Part shown: positions 10,285 through 19,099 of the stretch, in pieces
How the letters are laid out: each line of letters starts with the position of its first letter
Position numbering within the stretch: position 1 is the first letter of the stretch
Assembly (NCBI GenBank): GCA_020439745.1
Contig: JAGQSC010000013.1
Location: 61,173-125,172 of the forward strand
DNA length: 64,000 nucleotides
From: Acidobacteriota bacterium
GTDB taxonomy: Bacteria > Acidobacteriota > Holophagae > Acanthopleuribacterales > Acanthopleuribacteraceae
Direction: 5' to 3'
The notes under the pieces: generated by a model
What the model was told of the DNA's origin: nothing
Database searches by the model: none
The model's input: only the letters and a program-made list of their open reading frames with translations
Made by a program: the position numbers and the translations under genes

Positions 10285-12632
10285 CAGAAGCGGTATTTCA
10301 GTTCGCCTGCAATCTGTCGGCGCAACACATCACCGAAGACGTGGTGTTGAATCTCCTCATCAGTCAGATTGTTGACCTTCAACATGGTCGTCAATTCTGG
10401 CATCCACTCGTAGCTGAGAGAGAGATTGACTAGCGTGAAGCTGTCCGTGGGACCGTGATAACGCGAATCCAGGACGTCGGTCCAAAAGGCATCATCCACG
10501 TAACTCGCATTCATGTTGGCGTTGAATTTGTCCCTATTGTAGTTGAGAGTGAGATTGATTCGGTTTTCAGGAGGAATGGACAGTTCTTCCTCTAGATATT
10601 GTTCGCCTTCAGGGGCCGGTAGGATTTCAGGTGTATCCTGAAACGAGTAGTTGAAGTTGAAATCAAAGGCTTCGTTCACTTTGTAGTCGAGCGAGAATTC
10701 ATAGCCTTCATAACGCAATGGACCTAAATTGAAATAACTGAATTCGGCAGGCAAAACCACGCCTCCCGCTTCGAGGACGTCCAGAATCGCGACTGGAAGC
10801 CCCGACTCGGTCCAACCCGGTGGCGGTCGATTCGAAGAATACGATGAAAAGGGCACAAAATTGATGTTGTCTTCAGTGTCATTGCGGTACCACGAGAAAC
10901 TAACCAGGCCGTTACCAACCGCACCGGTGTAACTGAGTTCGTACGCTTCCAATCTATCCTCGGTGAGGTTTGGATTCCCGTAAGCATATGAAACAACGGG
11001 GAAACTTTCGCCCGGCAGGTCCACACCCAACACCGATTCCAAGTCGGCGATTTGAAGATCAACAGAGACAATTGAGATATTCAGGAAATTCTCAACCATG
11101 GATGGTGAACGAAATGCTTTGTTGTAGCTGGCACGAAAGGTGTGCTTGTCGTTTGGCTGCACCATCATGGTGACCCGTGGCGAAACTACGGGGTCTTCGA
11201 TCACGTCGAACTTATCGTACCGGGCTCCGAGTACCATGCGGAACCATCCGTACGACATTTCATCTTGAAGATACAGTCCGTATTCCTTGCGTTCATCGTC
11301 CTCCGGTGCCAGTGACAATTCGAATTGATTCAAGCGGTAATTGCCGCCATAGCTCAACAGATGATGCTCACCCAGATACTTAGCATGACCCAGTTCAAAA
11401 TCGGTGGTTCTGTTCTTGAAATTGAATTCCACCAGATCGCCGGTTTCGGCATCGCGCGCAAGCACGTTCTTGGCGTCACCATCCAAATAATTAATGAAGA
11501 AATTCGCTTTAAATGCGCCTTTGCTGTAATTCACTTTGGTGTAGGCCAAATAGCTGCTGTTTTGTATGTCAAACGGGCCGATCCCTGTATGAATCATGCC
11601 TTCCGTTCCAGCGGCACCGGCACCGTAGACCAGTTTCCCGCCGTTACTCAGGTTCTGGTCGAGGCGGAAGTCCAACTTGGGTTGAGACGTGCCCTGATTC
11701 TTAAATTCAGGGTATTCGAAGCCACCTGTACCCCTAGTATCGTCGCGCGGGACGATGCCCAGTGGTCTCGCATAGGCATCTTGTTCGAAGTAACCGGCAG
11801 AGACCTTATACGCCATGTTGTCGCGAATGAGGCCAGCGTGGGTCACGTTGAAACCGAACCCTGCACCATCGCTCAGATCATTGCCTTCTACATCCCGAGA
11901 GAAGATGCTGCCCGAAACCTGAAAACTCGTGCCCTGAATTTCATGGGGTGATTTGGTAATGATGTTTGTCACACCAGTTTGCGCGTTAGCCCCCCACACC
12001 GCAGAGGCCGGACCACGAATCACCTCAATCTGCTTGATCTCAGACATGTCGGTGGGGACTAGGTCCCAAAGGACAATCCCATAAAAATCTTGGTAAATGG
12101 AGCGCCCGTCCAAAAGCGTTAACTGGGAGTTGGACAGGGAACTCGCCGTTTGGCGGCTCACCACGTTGATATCGCGAGCGGAAAACTGGATGACGTTGAC
12201 GCCTGGAACCGTCCGCAACAAGTCGCCATAATCATCGGCCGCCGAATTCTCAATGGCATCGGCCGTGATCACGCTGATGGTGGCTGGGGAGTCAATGAGT
12301 TTGGTCTCTACCTTTGAAGCCGATACGACCGTGATTTGCTCAAACTGTTCGGGATACATCGTCAATGTTAATTCGGTATGGCCCGGACCAATCACAACAC
12401 CGGATTCTTCAATCTTCTTAAAGCCAAGGAAGTCGACCAACACCGTGTAGGTACCTTCGGGGAGGTCGAACTGAAACGAACCATCGCGGGCACTGACCTT
12501 GAAAACACCCGCTGGAACTACTTGGACCCCTGCTCCAGGTATGGGTTCACCTGAACTGTCGACCACCTTTCCCACCAATTGACCTGCAAAAACCGAACTG
12601 CCTAACCAAGCAAACAAAATCGCCAAACGCAT
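10284..12632 (-). CDS. TonB-dependent receptor with N-terminal carboxypeptidase-regulatory-like domain
   Basis: Start at MRLAILFAWLGSSVFA, with GGGAG 6 nt upstream. CarbopepD_reg-like GKVVDSSGEPIPGAGVQVVP, a plug region and a long beta-barrel. C-terminal ..GELKYRF with terminal Phe. Confidence 0.85.
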   Translation of the reverse strand: MRLAILFAWLGSSVFAGQLVGKVVDSSGEPIPGAGVQVVPAGVFKVSARDGSFQFDLPEGTYTVLVDFLGFKKIEESGVVIGPGHTELTLTMYPEQFEQITVVSASKVETKLIDSPATISVITADAIENSAADDYGDLLRTVPGVNVIQFSARDINVVSRQTASSLSNSQLTLLDGRSIYQDFYGIVLWDLVPTDMSEIKQIEVIRGPASAVWGANAQTGVTNIITKSPHEIQGTSFQVSGSIFSRDVEGNDLSDGAGFGFNVTHAGLIRDNMAYKVSAGYFEQDAYARPLGIVPRDDTRGTGGFEYPEFKNQGTSQPKLDFRLDQNLSNGGKLVYGAGAAGTEGMIHTGIGPFDIQNSSYLAYTKVNYSKGAFKANFFINYLDGDAKNVLARDAETGDLVEFNFKNRTTDFELGHAKYLGEHHLLSYGGNYRLNQFELSLAPEDDERKEYGLYLQDEMSYGWFRMVLGARYDKFDVIEDPVVSPRVTMMVQPNDKHTFRASYNKAFRSPSMVENFLNISIVSVDLQIADLESVLGVDLPGESFPVVSYAYGNPNLTEDRLEAYELSYTGAVGNGLVSFSWYRNDTEDNINFVPFSSYSSNRPPPGWTESGLPVAILDVLEAGGVVLPAEFSYFNLGPLRYEGYEFSLDYKVNEAFDFNFNYSFQDTPEILPAPEGEQYLEEELSIPPENRINLTLNYNRDKFNANMNASYVDDAFWTDVLDSRYHGPTDSFTLVNLSLSYEWMPELTTMLKVNNLTDEEIQHHVFGDVLRRQIAGELKYRF

Positions 12633-12718
12633 AAACCGCTCCCGAATTAATGAGGAACCCTCTAGGACCAGGTTTGGCCCAAGTTGATTCATGTGGCTCT
12701 AAGTGAGTATTTCATTGC

Positions 12719-12747
12719 ACCTTAGCTCAGGCCCCATGACCTGTCAA
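12719..12747 (-). promoter_or_regulatory. Candidate sigma70 promoter for the TonB-dependent receptor
   Basis: Minus strand reads TTGACA (12747-12742), a 17-nt spacer, then TAAGGT (12724-12719). It sits between the lipid kinase stop and the receptor start. Motif match only. Confidence 0.3.
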
Positions 12748-12752
12748 CAAGG

Positions 12753-13646
12753 TCAGACCCACCAATTTAGACGTCCTGCTTCAATCTGAGCAGACGTGAA
12801 GGTACCGTCATTAATCTCGCCGTCACTTTCGATGGACCAGCCCCCAGCGCCCTGCACGTCAATCACCGTTCCCGACACATGGGATACATCTTTCATAGTC
12901 AAGTGCCAACCGGCTCGGTACCGCCAGCTCTTTGCTGCCAGTCCGAACTTGGAACCGGCTCGGACCGCAACCACATGGATCTTCCCATCGTCGAGGGTAG
13001 CCTGAGGAGCGATGGGTACAGCGCCTCCAAAAAAACGCCCATTGGCCACCGCGAAGAACCATAGATCGTCATCCAGCCATTGCTGTCCATCCACCATCAC
13101 GGAGATTCGTTGGGGTTTAGCATGACGTACTTGGATAAACGCGGCCAGCAAGTAGCTCAGCGATCCCCATCTTTCCTTGAATCGGTCGTGTTGAGCCACA
13201 TAACGCGCCACCAAACCTGTGAGTCCGCAACTCGCGATGTTGACAAAATACCGTGCTCCAATATCGGTACGGAGCTGAACTAGATCCAACGCCACCTGAC
13301 GAGGTTGATCGGCTTGTTCGCGTAGGCCCCGAAGACCAAATTGTCGCCTTAAACTACGCGCAAAGTCTGACCCGGTTCCAAATGGCACCAGGGAAACCCA
13401 GGGAGAGGATTCAGCCGACATGATGCCATTCACGACTTCATGCAGCGTTCCGTCACCGCCAACCACAACGATCCGGTCAATCCCATTCAGGCAGAGTTCA
13501 CGCGCCTTTGTTTCCGCAGAAAATGGCTTCGCGTCCGTGATCACCCAATCGATGCCGAGTCCTTGCAATTCACCACGGATAGATTTCCAAGCGGAGCTGC
13601 GTTTTGCTGCAGCACGTCCGTTGACAATCGCACATTGGTTTTTCAC
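12753..13646 (-). CDS. Diacylglycerol-kinase-catalytic-domain lipid kinase (YegS/BmrU type)
   Basis: GGDGT motif (RIVVVGGDGTLHEVVNG). Start reassigned to GTG at 13646, which overlaps the upstream stop as GTGA. This gives a typical N-terminus VKNQCAIVNGRAAAK. Confidence 0.8.
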   Translation of the reverse strand: MKNQCAIVNGRAAAKRSSAWKSIRGELQGLGIDWVITDAKPFSAETKARELCLNGIDRIVVVGGDGTLHEVVNGIMSAESSPWVSLVPFGTGSDFARSLRRQFGLRGLREQADQPRQVALDLVQLRTDIGARYFVNIASCGLTGLVARYVAQHDRFKERWGSLSYLLAAFIQVRHAKPQRISVMVDGQQWLDDDLWFFAVANGRFFGGAVPIAPQATLDDGKIHVVAVRAGSKFGLAAKSWRYRAGWHLTMKDVSHVSGTVIDVQGAGGWSIESDGEINDGTFTSAQIEAGRLNWWV

Positions 13647-14842
13647 GCAGTTGCGAATGCCTTCGGCCGCAAAAGCGTCATCCAACTCAATAACAGGACG
13701 GCGAAGGGGCCCCATACCCATGCGAACGAAAAGTAAGGCCAAACTAGGGGAAGCCACAGCAGCAGTCGGACAAGTTCCACCCAACGGAAGGCTCTCTTAT
13801 TCTCACTGAGGCCACCTATGGCCCAAAGTCCCACGAGTACCCACAAGGTAAAACTTGCCTGAACCGCCCATTCGTAGCGCTGGAATTGGAAAAGAAAGAC
13901 AAACGTCGCCATGACAAGCCAAGCAAACTGCGCCCAAATATAGATCTTGAATTCGGGTGTCAGCTCGGGTCCATATTTGGCGGGTACATGGCTTACAGGT
14001 GGTGGTGGCTTAAAGCCGCCCATATCTTGGGGGAACCATCCAGGAGCCTTCGTGAAGACCCTCACTTTATCCCGCCAACGGGATGTGGTTCGCGCAGATT
14101 GCCACAACTCCACCCAGTAATGGAAATTCGCCCACAGGGGGTTCCAGCTGGCAAGGGGTGTCGTGATGCCGTAAACCACAGGTTCCGTTTCTTTTTGGAA
14201 CGTACCGAACAGTCGGTCCCAAATGATGAGCGTTCCACCGTGGTTACGATCAATGTAGATCGGATTCCGACCATGGTGCACTCGGTGATGCGAAGGCGTG
14301 TTGAACAGCCACTCAAATGGACCCATCCGATCGATGGCTTGCGTATGAATCCAGAATTGATACAGGGTGTTGGCTGCCGACAGGGCTAGGAACATGCCGG
14401 GGGGAAACCCAATCCAGGCCAATGGCCAGTAAAAAAATGAACTGAAAATGCCCTGAAACGAGCTTTGCCGAAGTGCCACGGCCAAGTTGTAGTCTTCACT
14501 TTGGTGGTGAACCACGTGTGCCGCCCAAAGCGCATTGATTTCATGGCTAAGACGGTGGAACCAGTAGTACATGAAATCAACCGCCAAGAAACAAACCACC
14601 CATACCAAAGGTCGATTCATTGACAATTCGAACTGTCGAAATGAAGTAAAAATCCAAACATAGCCCGCGAACAGAGCCGTTCGCATGAACAACGTAGTCA
14701 ATTGCTGCATGACACCACAACTCAAATTGTTGATGGCATCAGCCAACCTGTAGTTTCCTTTGTCCCGTGTCCACAACCACTCAATGGCGATCAAGACAAA
14801 GAACACGGGAATCGCATAGGCAATGTATTTGACGTCGTCCAT
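13643..14842 (-). CDS. Fatty-acid hydroxylase superfamily membrane enzyme (sterol desaturase / alkylglycerol monooxygenase-like)
   Basis: His boxes HRLSHE, WAAHVVHHQSEDYNL and HHRVHHGRN. Start chosen at MDDVKYIAYAIPVFF. Has a multi-TM C-terminal extension of ~130 aa. Confidence 0.8.
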   Translation of the reverse strand: MDDVKYIAYAIPVFFVLIAIEWLWTRDKGNYRLADAINNLSCGVMQQLTTLFMRTALFAGYVWIFTSFRQFELSMNRPLVWVVCFLAVDFMYYWFHRLSHEINALWAAHVVHHQSEDYNLAVALRQSSFQGIFSSFFYWPLAWIGFPPGMFLALSAANTLYQFWIHTQAIDRMGPFEWLFNTPSHHRVHHGRNPIYIDRNHGGTLIIWDRLFGTFQKETEPVVYGITTPLASWNPLWANFHYWVELWQSARTTSRWRDKVRVFTKAPGWFPQDMGGFKPPPPVSHVPAKYGPELTPEFKIYIWAQFAWLVMATFVFLFQFQRYEWAVQASFTLWVLVGLWAIGGLSENKRAFRWVELVRLLLWLPLVWPYFSFAWVWGPFAVLLLSWMTLLRPKAFATA

Positions 14843-14923
14843 GCGATTATTATGAAGGAACAACAGAGCGACTGTCAGTAGTTGGTTACGTACATCGCTC
14901 CAACGCCCCATAGGAGTCAAACC

Positions 14924-16600
14924 ATGACAAGCTGGTCGCGCAGAGACTTTCTAACCCGCATTGGTCAGATCGGGGGATCGGCGGCGATGATTGAATCCAT
15001 GGTTGCCTTGGGACTCGTGGGCGATGTGGGCGAATGGCATGGACGGCCGAAAGTGTCTCCTAACATGGGCCGAGGCAAAACGGTGTTGATCTTGGGCGCC
15101 GGAATTGGTGGCTTGGCGACGGCCTACAATCTGACTCAAGCGGGATTCAGATGTGAGATTCTCGAGGCCAGTGGACGCGTTGGCGGACGCAATCACACTG
15201 CTCGGCGGGGAAGCCTGCTCACGGAGCGCCTGGATGGAGAACAGGTTGAGCAATATTGTGATTTCGATGAGGGTCAATATGTGAACTTGGGACCCGGACG
15301 GTTACCGTTTCATCACCGCAGAATTTTGGGTTATTGCAAAGAGTTACAAGTGGCCTTGGAGCCCTACATCATGAACGCCAGTGGTAACCTGTTTCAGTCA
15401 GACGATTCCTTTGGCGGTCGAGCAAAGCCCTATCGCGTTTTGCAGCACGATAGCCGTGGATTGATTGCCGAACTGCTTGCCAAAGCCGTGAACCAGGGAG
15501 CCTTGAACCAGGATCTACAGCTTGAAGATCGAGCCCGGATGATCAGCTTGCTGCGGCGATTTGGACCCCTTGGGGGATTTTGCGACAGTGGTGATCTGAT
15601 CTATCGCGGATCCACGAGGACAGGTTGCTCAAATTCTCCCAACGTCTTCAATGATTGTGATGCGCCCGTACCCCTTTCACGGCAAGAACTCTTGCGATCT
15701 GAATTCTGGACGGCCAATTTCTATGATCCGCTTGAGTTTGAATGGCAACCCACCCTGTTTCAACCCGTTGGAGGCATGGACATGATTGTGGAAGGCTTCA
15801 TGCGACATGTCGGTCACATGGTGACGTGCAACGCGCCCGTAACCCACATCGAAGTCAGTGAATGGGGTGTCTACGTCACCTATCAATTTGGTTCGGCACG
15901 GCTCTCCAAGTTTGCCGACTACTGCGTAAGCAACATCCCCTGCCCTATTCTTCGCAGAATCCCACACAATTTCGAACGCTCCTTTTCCGACGCGGTGCGC
16001 CGTACCGGGTTTTCGGCCGCCTGCAAAGTGGGTTGGCAGTGTGAGTCCCGTTTTTGGGAATCCGATCCCTATCAGATTTATGGCGGCATCAGTTGGACAG
16101 ACGATCTCATCGAGCAGATCTGGTATCCCTCACATGATCCATTTACGCAAAAAGGTACTCTGACCGGTGCCTACATACACGATGGATTTTGTTCAGGCGA
16201 CGAACAAAATGCCAGCCTATTCGGATCATGGAATCTCAATCAGAGACTTCAGGTTGCTCGGACGGGTGCAGCAAAGCTCCATCCAGAATTTTTGGACGAA
16301 CGTCTGGTCAAACAGGCATTGGGTCTTTCTGTCGCATGGCAAAATGTGCCTTTTCTGGAGGGCGCATGGCCTAATTGGGGTGGCCAACAGTTTGATGATG
16401 CTGACTACCGCAGGCTACTCTTGCCCGATCGACGTTTCTACGTGGTCGGTGATCAGGCATCCACGCTTCCTGGGTGGCAGGAAGGAGCTGTGATGTCAGC
16501 AGAACACGTCGTAGGTCTAATAACAGGGCTCACCAGCCACTATGTGCCCGACCATGTCACGGCGCCAGATACCCTTAAGGTCACGCGGAGTCAAGGTTAG
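14924..16600 (+). CDS. Tat-exported flavin-dependent amine oxidase
   Basis: Twin-arginine signal MTSWSRRDFLTRIGQIGGSAAM. FAD dinucleotide fold ILGAGIGGLATAYNLTQAGFRCEILEASGRVGGRN. Confidence 0.8.
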   Translation: MTSWSRRDFLTRIGQIGGSAAMIESMVALGLVGDVGEWHGRPKVSPNMGRGKTVLILGAGIGGLATAYNLTQAGFRCEILEASGRVGGRNHTARRGSLLTERLDGEQVEQYCDFDEGQYVNLGPGRLPFHHRRILGYCKELQVALEPYIMNASGNLFQSDDSFGGRAKPYRVLQHDSRGLIAELLAKAVNQGALNQDLQLEDRARMISLLRRFGPLGGFCDSGDLIYRGSTRTGCSNSPNVFNDCDAPVPLSRQELLRSEFWTANFYDPLEFEWQPTLFQPVGGMDMIVEGFMRHVGHMVTCNAPVTHIEVSEWGVYVTYQFGSARLSKFADYCVSNIPCPILRRIPHNFERSFSDAVRRTGFSAACKVGWQCESRFWESDPYQIYGGISWTDDLIEQIWYPSHDPFTQKGTLTGAYIHDGFCSGDEQNASLFGSWNLNQRLQVARTGAAKLHPEFLDERLVKQALGLSVAWQNVPFLEGAWPNWGGQQFDDADYRRLLLPDRRFYVVGDQASTLPGWQEGAVMSAEHVVGLITGLTSHYVPDHVTAPDTLKVTRSQG

Positions 16601-17058
16601 CTGTTGCCGAACATGGCCTCCGCGGCCGCACGTATTTCTTCCGGGCTGGGGTCGCGTAAGTGTGTGGCGATGGACCAGTGATGACCAAAGGGGTCCTTTA
16701 GTTTTCCGTAACGGTCGCCCCAAAACTGGTCTGCCACAGGAAATGTCACCTTGGCACCGGCCCCTTCAGCGCGTTTCATCGCAGCATCTACATCGTCGAC
16801 ATACAAATGAATGGTCACTGGACTCCCTCCCAACGCATCAGGACCCACAACGCCGTAGTCGGGAAATGCGTCGGCCAACATGATCACAGCATTACCGATT
16901 TGCATCTCGGCATGCATGATGACATCTGAATTTGGCATGGTCATTTGATTGCGAACGACTGCCCCGAATGCCTGTTGATAGAATTCCAGCGCTTTCTTGC
17001 AAGGAGAAACGACCAAGTGGGGTGTAACGGTCGTAAATCCCTGAGGAATCGTTGACAT
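16597..17058 (-). CDS. VOC (glyoxalase/PhnB-like) family protein
   Basis: MSTIPQGFTTVTPHLVV..ALEFYQQAFGA.. and ..DQFWGDRYGKLKDPFGHHWSI are typical of the PhnB/VOC fold. AGGAGGG lies just upstream of the ATG at 17058. Confidence 0.7.
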   Translation of the reverse strand: MSTIPQGFTTVTPHLVVSPCKKALEFYQQAFGAVVRNQMTMPNSDVIMHAEMQIGNAVIMLADAFPDYGVVGPDALGGSPVTIHLYVDDVDAAMKRAEGAGAKVTFPVADQFWGDRYGKLKDPFGHHWSIATHLRDPSPEEIRAAAEAMFGNS

Positions 17059-17123
17059 GTACCCTCCTCGTAAGTAATCGGAACTAGTTTCCAACTTAAT
17101 CTTTTGTGAGGGAGTTAGCAACT

Positions 17124-17621
17124 CTATGAGTTCGCTTCTGCCTCAAAATCCAATAGGGCATACCCTTGCTCAACAAGTTCACCTTCTTTGCAGCGAAGTG
17201 CGGTGACTTTACCTGCGGTGGGTGCCTCGATGCGGTGCTCCATTTTCATGGCTTCCATCACAACGAGCACATCCCCAGCTCGAACAACCGCGCCTTCAAC
17301 CACTGCTACCTGCACGATTCTCCCGGGCATAGGCGCAGTGAAATCGTTACTTAACTCGTCGGCAACGGCCTGACGTCCACGATCCTTTTCGAAGACAATC
17401 GTCTCACCGTCCAGGGTCACCCAAAACCGGTCACGGGTTTCTGTGACCCAAAAGGTCACGAATCGACCATCGAGTTCCACGCGACCAGCGGTGTCCCCAT
17501 CACGTAACGGCCAGGAAAACTGGCGTACCATTTCGCCATTAGTGACCTCGATACACAAGGGTTCCCGCTGCCTTAAAGCGACGGTCAGATGTTCTCCCCC
17601 ACGTTTCAGTTTGAGTTTCAC
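17124..17621 (-). CDS. Methylcrotonyl-CoA carboxylase alpha, C-terminal part (BT linker + biotinyl/BCCP domain)
   Basis: Biotinylation motif VMEAMKMEH. Candidate GTG start at 17621 overlaps the stop of the biotin carboxylase ORF (GTGA). Alternative ATGs at 17636 and 17654. Confidence 0.75.
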   Translation of the reverse strand: MKLKLKRGGEHLTVALRQREPLCIEVTNGEMVRQFSWPLRDGDTAGRVELDGRFVTFWVTETRDRFWVTLDGETIVFEKDRGRQAVADELSNDFTAPMPGRIVQVAVVEGAVVRAGDVLVVMEAMKMEHRIEAPTAGKVTALRCKEGELVEQGYALLDFEAEANS

Positions 17622-19099
17622 GCGTTCAGCCTCCATTGACCCATGCGTTCCCAAGGACCCGGTTGGCTGGTCTCACTTGAGAACACATGTGCTCCATGTT
17701 CGCCCTGTCCCATAGCCGTTAGGGCCGCAGCACACCAGGTATCAGCTGTATTGCTGGGGATATCATGGCGTTGTAGGAAGTGGGTCGTGGTTTCGCCAGC
17801 CTCGAAAGCCGCATGTGCCAAAACATGCCGCAGAAAGGAGATATTCGTCTTTACACCGTGAATGACCGTTTCACCCAGTGCGTGGATCATCTTAGAGCGA
17901 GCTTCCTCGCGAGAGGCACCAAAAGCAATGAGCTTTGCAAGTAACGGGTCATAATGAACGCCGACCTCAGATCCCTGTTCAATGCCGCTATCCATGCGAA
18001 CACCCCATCCCTTGGGCTCGACATATCGAGCGACATAACCGGTTTGGGGTAGGAAGGAGTTGGCCGGATCCTCGGCGTAGATGCGGCACTCAATCGCATG
18101 TCCGCGGCAGGTAATCTGAGACGGGTCTTGGGGTAGGCCATTACCCTTCGCGATTTCTATTTGCCAGCGAACCAGGTCGAACCCCGTGATCATCTCGGTG
18201 ATTGGGTGTTCAACTTGCAGACGCGTGTTCATCTCCAGGAAGTAAAACGATCCATCCGCATCGACAAGGAATTCAATGGTACCGGCATTCAGATAGTTCA
18301 CACTTTCGGCAGCGCGCACCGCGGCTTCAGCCATACGCTGCCTCAACGCCTTATTCAACGCAGGCGATGGGGCCTCCTCGATGATTTTTTGGTGACGTCG
18401 CTGAATCGAGCATTCACGCTCAAAGAGATGGATTGCACGACCTGTACCATCGCCGAACACTTGAAATTCCACGTGCCGGGGATCCGCTAAGTATCGTTCC
18501 AAAATGACAGCATCATTCCCAAAGGCCGCAGAGGCTTCACGTTTGGCGGTTTGAAGTTCAGCGGCAAAAGCCGATGCTTCATGCACCACACGCATGCCTT
18601 TGCCCCCTCCTCCTGCTGAGGCCTTGACGAGGATTGGAAAACCAATGCGTTCGGCCTCACGAGTCAGCGTAGCAACATCCTGATCCGACCCAGAGTATCC
18701 CGGAACGACAGGGACGCCTGCAGCTTCCATATGAAGTTTGGCCTCTCGTTTGAGACCCATCAGCTCCATGGTCTGCCAACGTGGCCCAATAAACGTCAAC
18801 CCGGCTTCCTCTGTTCGTCGGGCAAATGCGGCATTTTCTGACAGGAACCCGTAACCGGGATGAATGGCATCGGCCCGGGTCGCGCGAGCAGCATTCAGAA
18901 TGAGATCCTGATCCAGGTAGGTGGACAGGGTTGGGCCCGAACCCAGCAACACCAATTCGTCCGCAAATTTGGCGAAAGGAGCAGAGCGATCGTATTCACT
19001 GGCGACTGCGACGACAGACAACCCCATTTCGCGGCATGTGCGCATGACGCGCAAGGCGATCTCACCCCGGTTGGCAACCAGTACTTTCTTCATGATCAC
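17618..19099 (-). CDS. Methylcrotonyl-CoA carboxylase alpha, biotin carboxylase (ATP-grasp) part
   Basis: [25 protein letters not shown]-terminus, ATP-grasp core and BC C-domain. Ends ..[13 protein letters not shown], inside the motif where single-chain MCC alpha subunits continue. Confidence 0.9.
   Translation of the reverse strand: MIMKKVLVANRGEIALRVMRTCREMGLSVVAVASEYDRSAPFAKFADELVLLGSGPTLSTYLDQDLILNAARATRADAIHPGYGFLSENAAFARRTEEAGLTFIGPRWQTMELMGLKREAKLHMEAAGVPVVPGYSGSDQDVATLTREAERIGFPILVKASAGGGGKGMRVVHEASAFAAELQTAKREASAAFGNDAVILERYLADPRHVEFQVFGDGTGRAIHLFERECSIQRRHQKIIEEAPSPALNKALRQRMAEAAVRAAESVNYLNAGTIEFLVDADGSFYFLEMNTRLQVEHPITEMITGFDLVRWQIEIAKGNGLPQDPSQITCRGHAIECRIYAEDPANSFLPQTGYVARYVEPKGWGVRMDSGIEQGSEVGVHYDPLLAKLIAFGASREEARSKMIHALGETVIHGVKTNISFLRHVLAHAAFEAGETTTHFLQRHDIPSNTADTWCAAALTAMGQGEHGAHVFSSETSQPGPWERMGQWRLNA

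Noticed and set aside
11325-11951. Long antisense 'shadow' ORFs inside confident genes. Examples: 573..1031, 11325..11951, 27699..28265, 35657..36286, 38678..39304, 39476..40135, 44637..45170, 56059..56592, 59427..60065.
   Set aside because: Each is fully embedded opposite a gene with clear family motifs and shows a low-complexity or Arg/Gly-rich composition typical of antisense frames.
17610-17660. Programmed ribosomal frameshift joining the two MCC alpha ORFs.
   Set aside because: There is no slippery heptamer (X XXY YYZ) or stimulatory structure at the junction. A GTGA reinitiation site or a simple indel explains it more economically.
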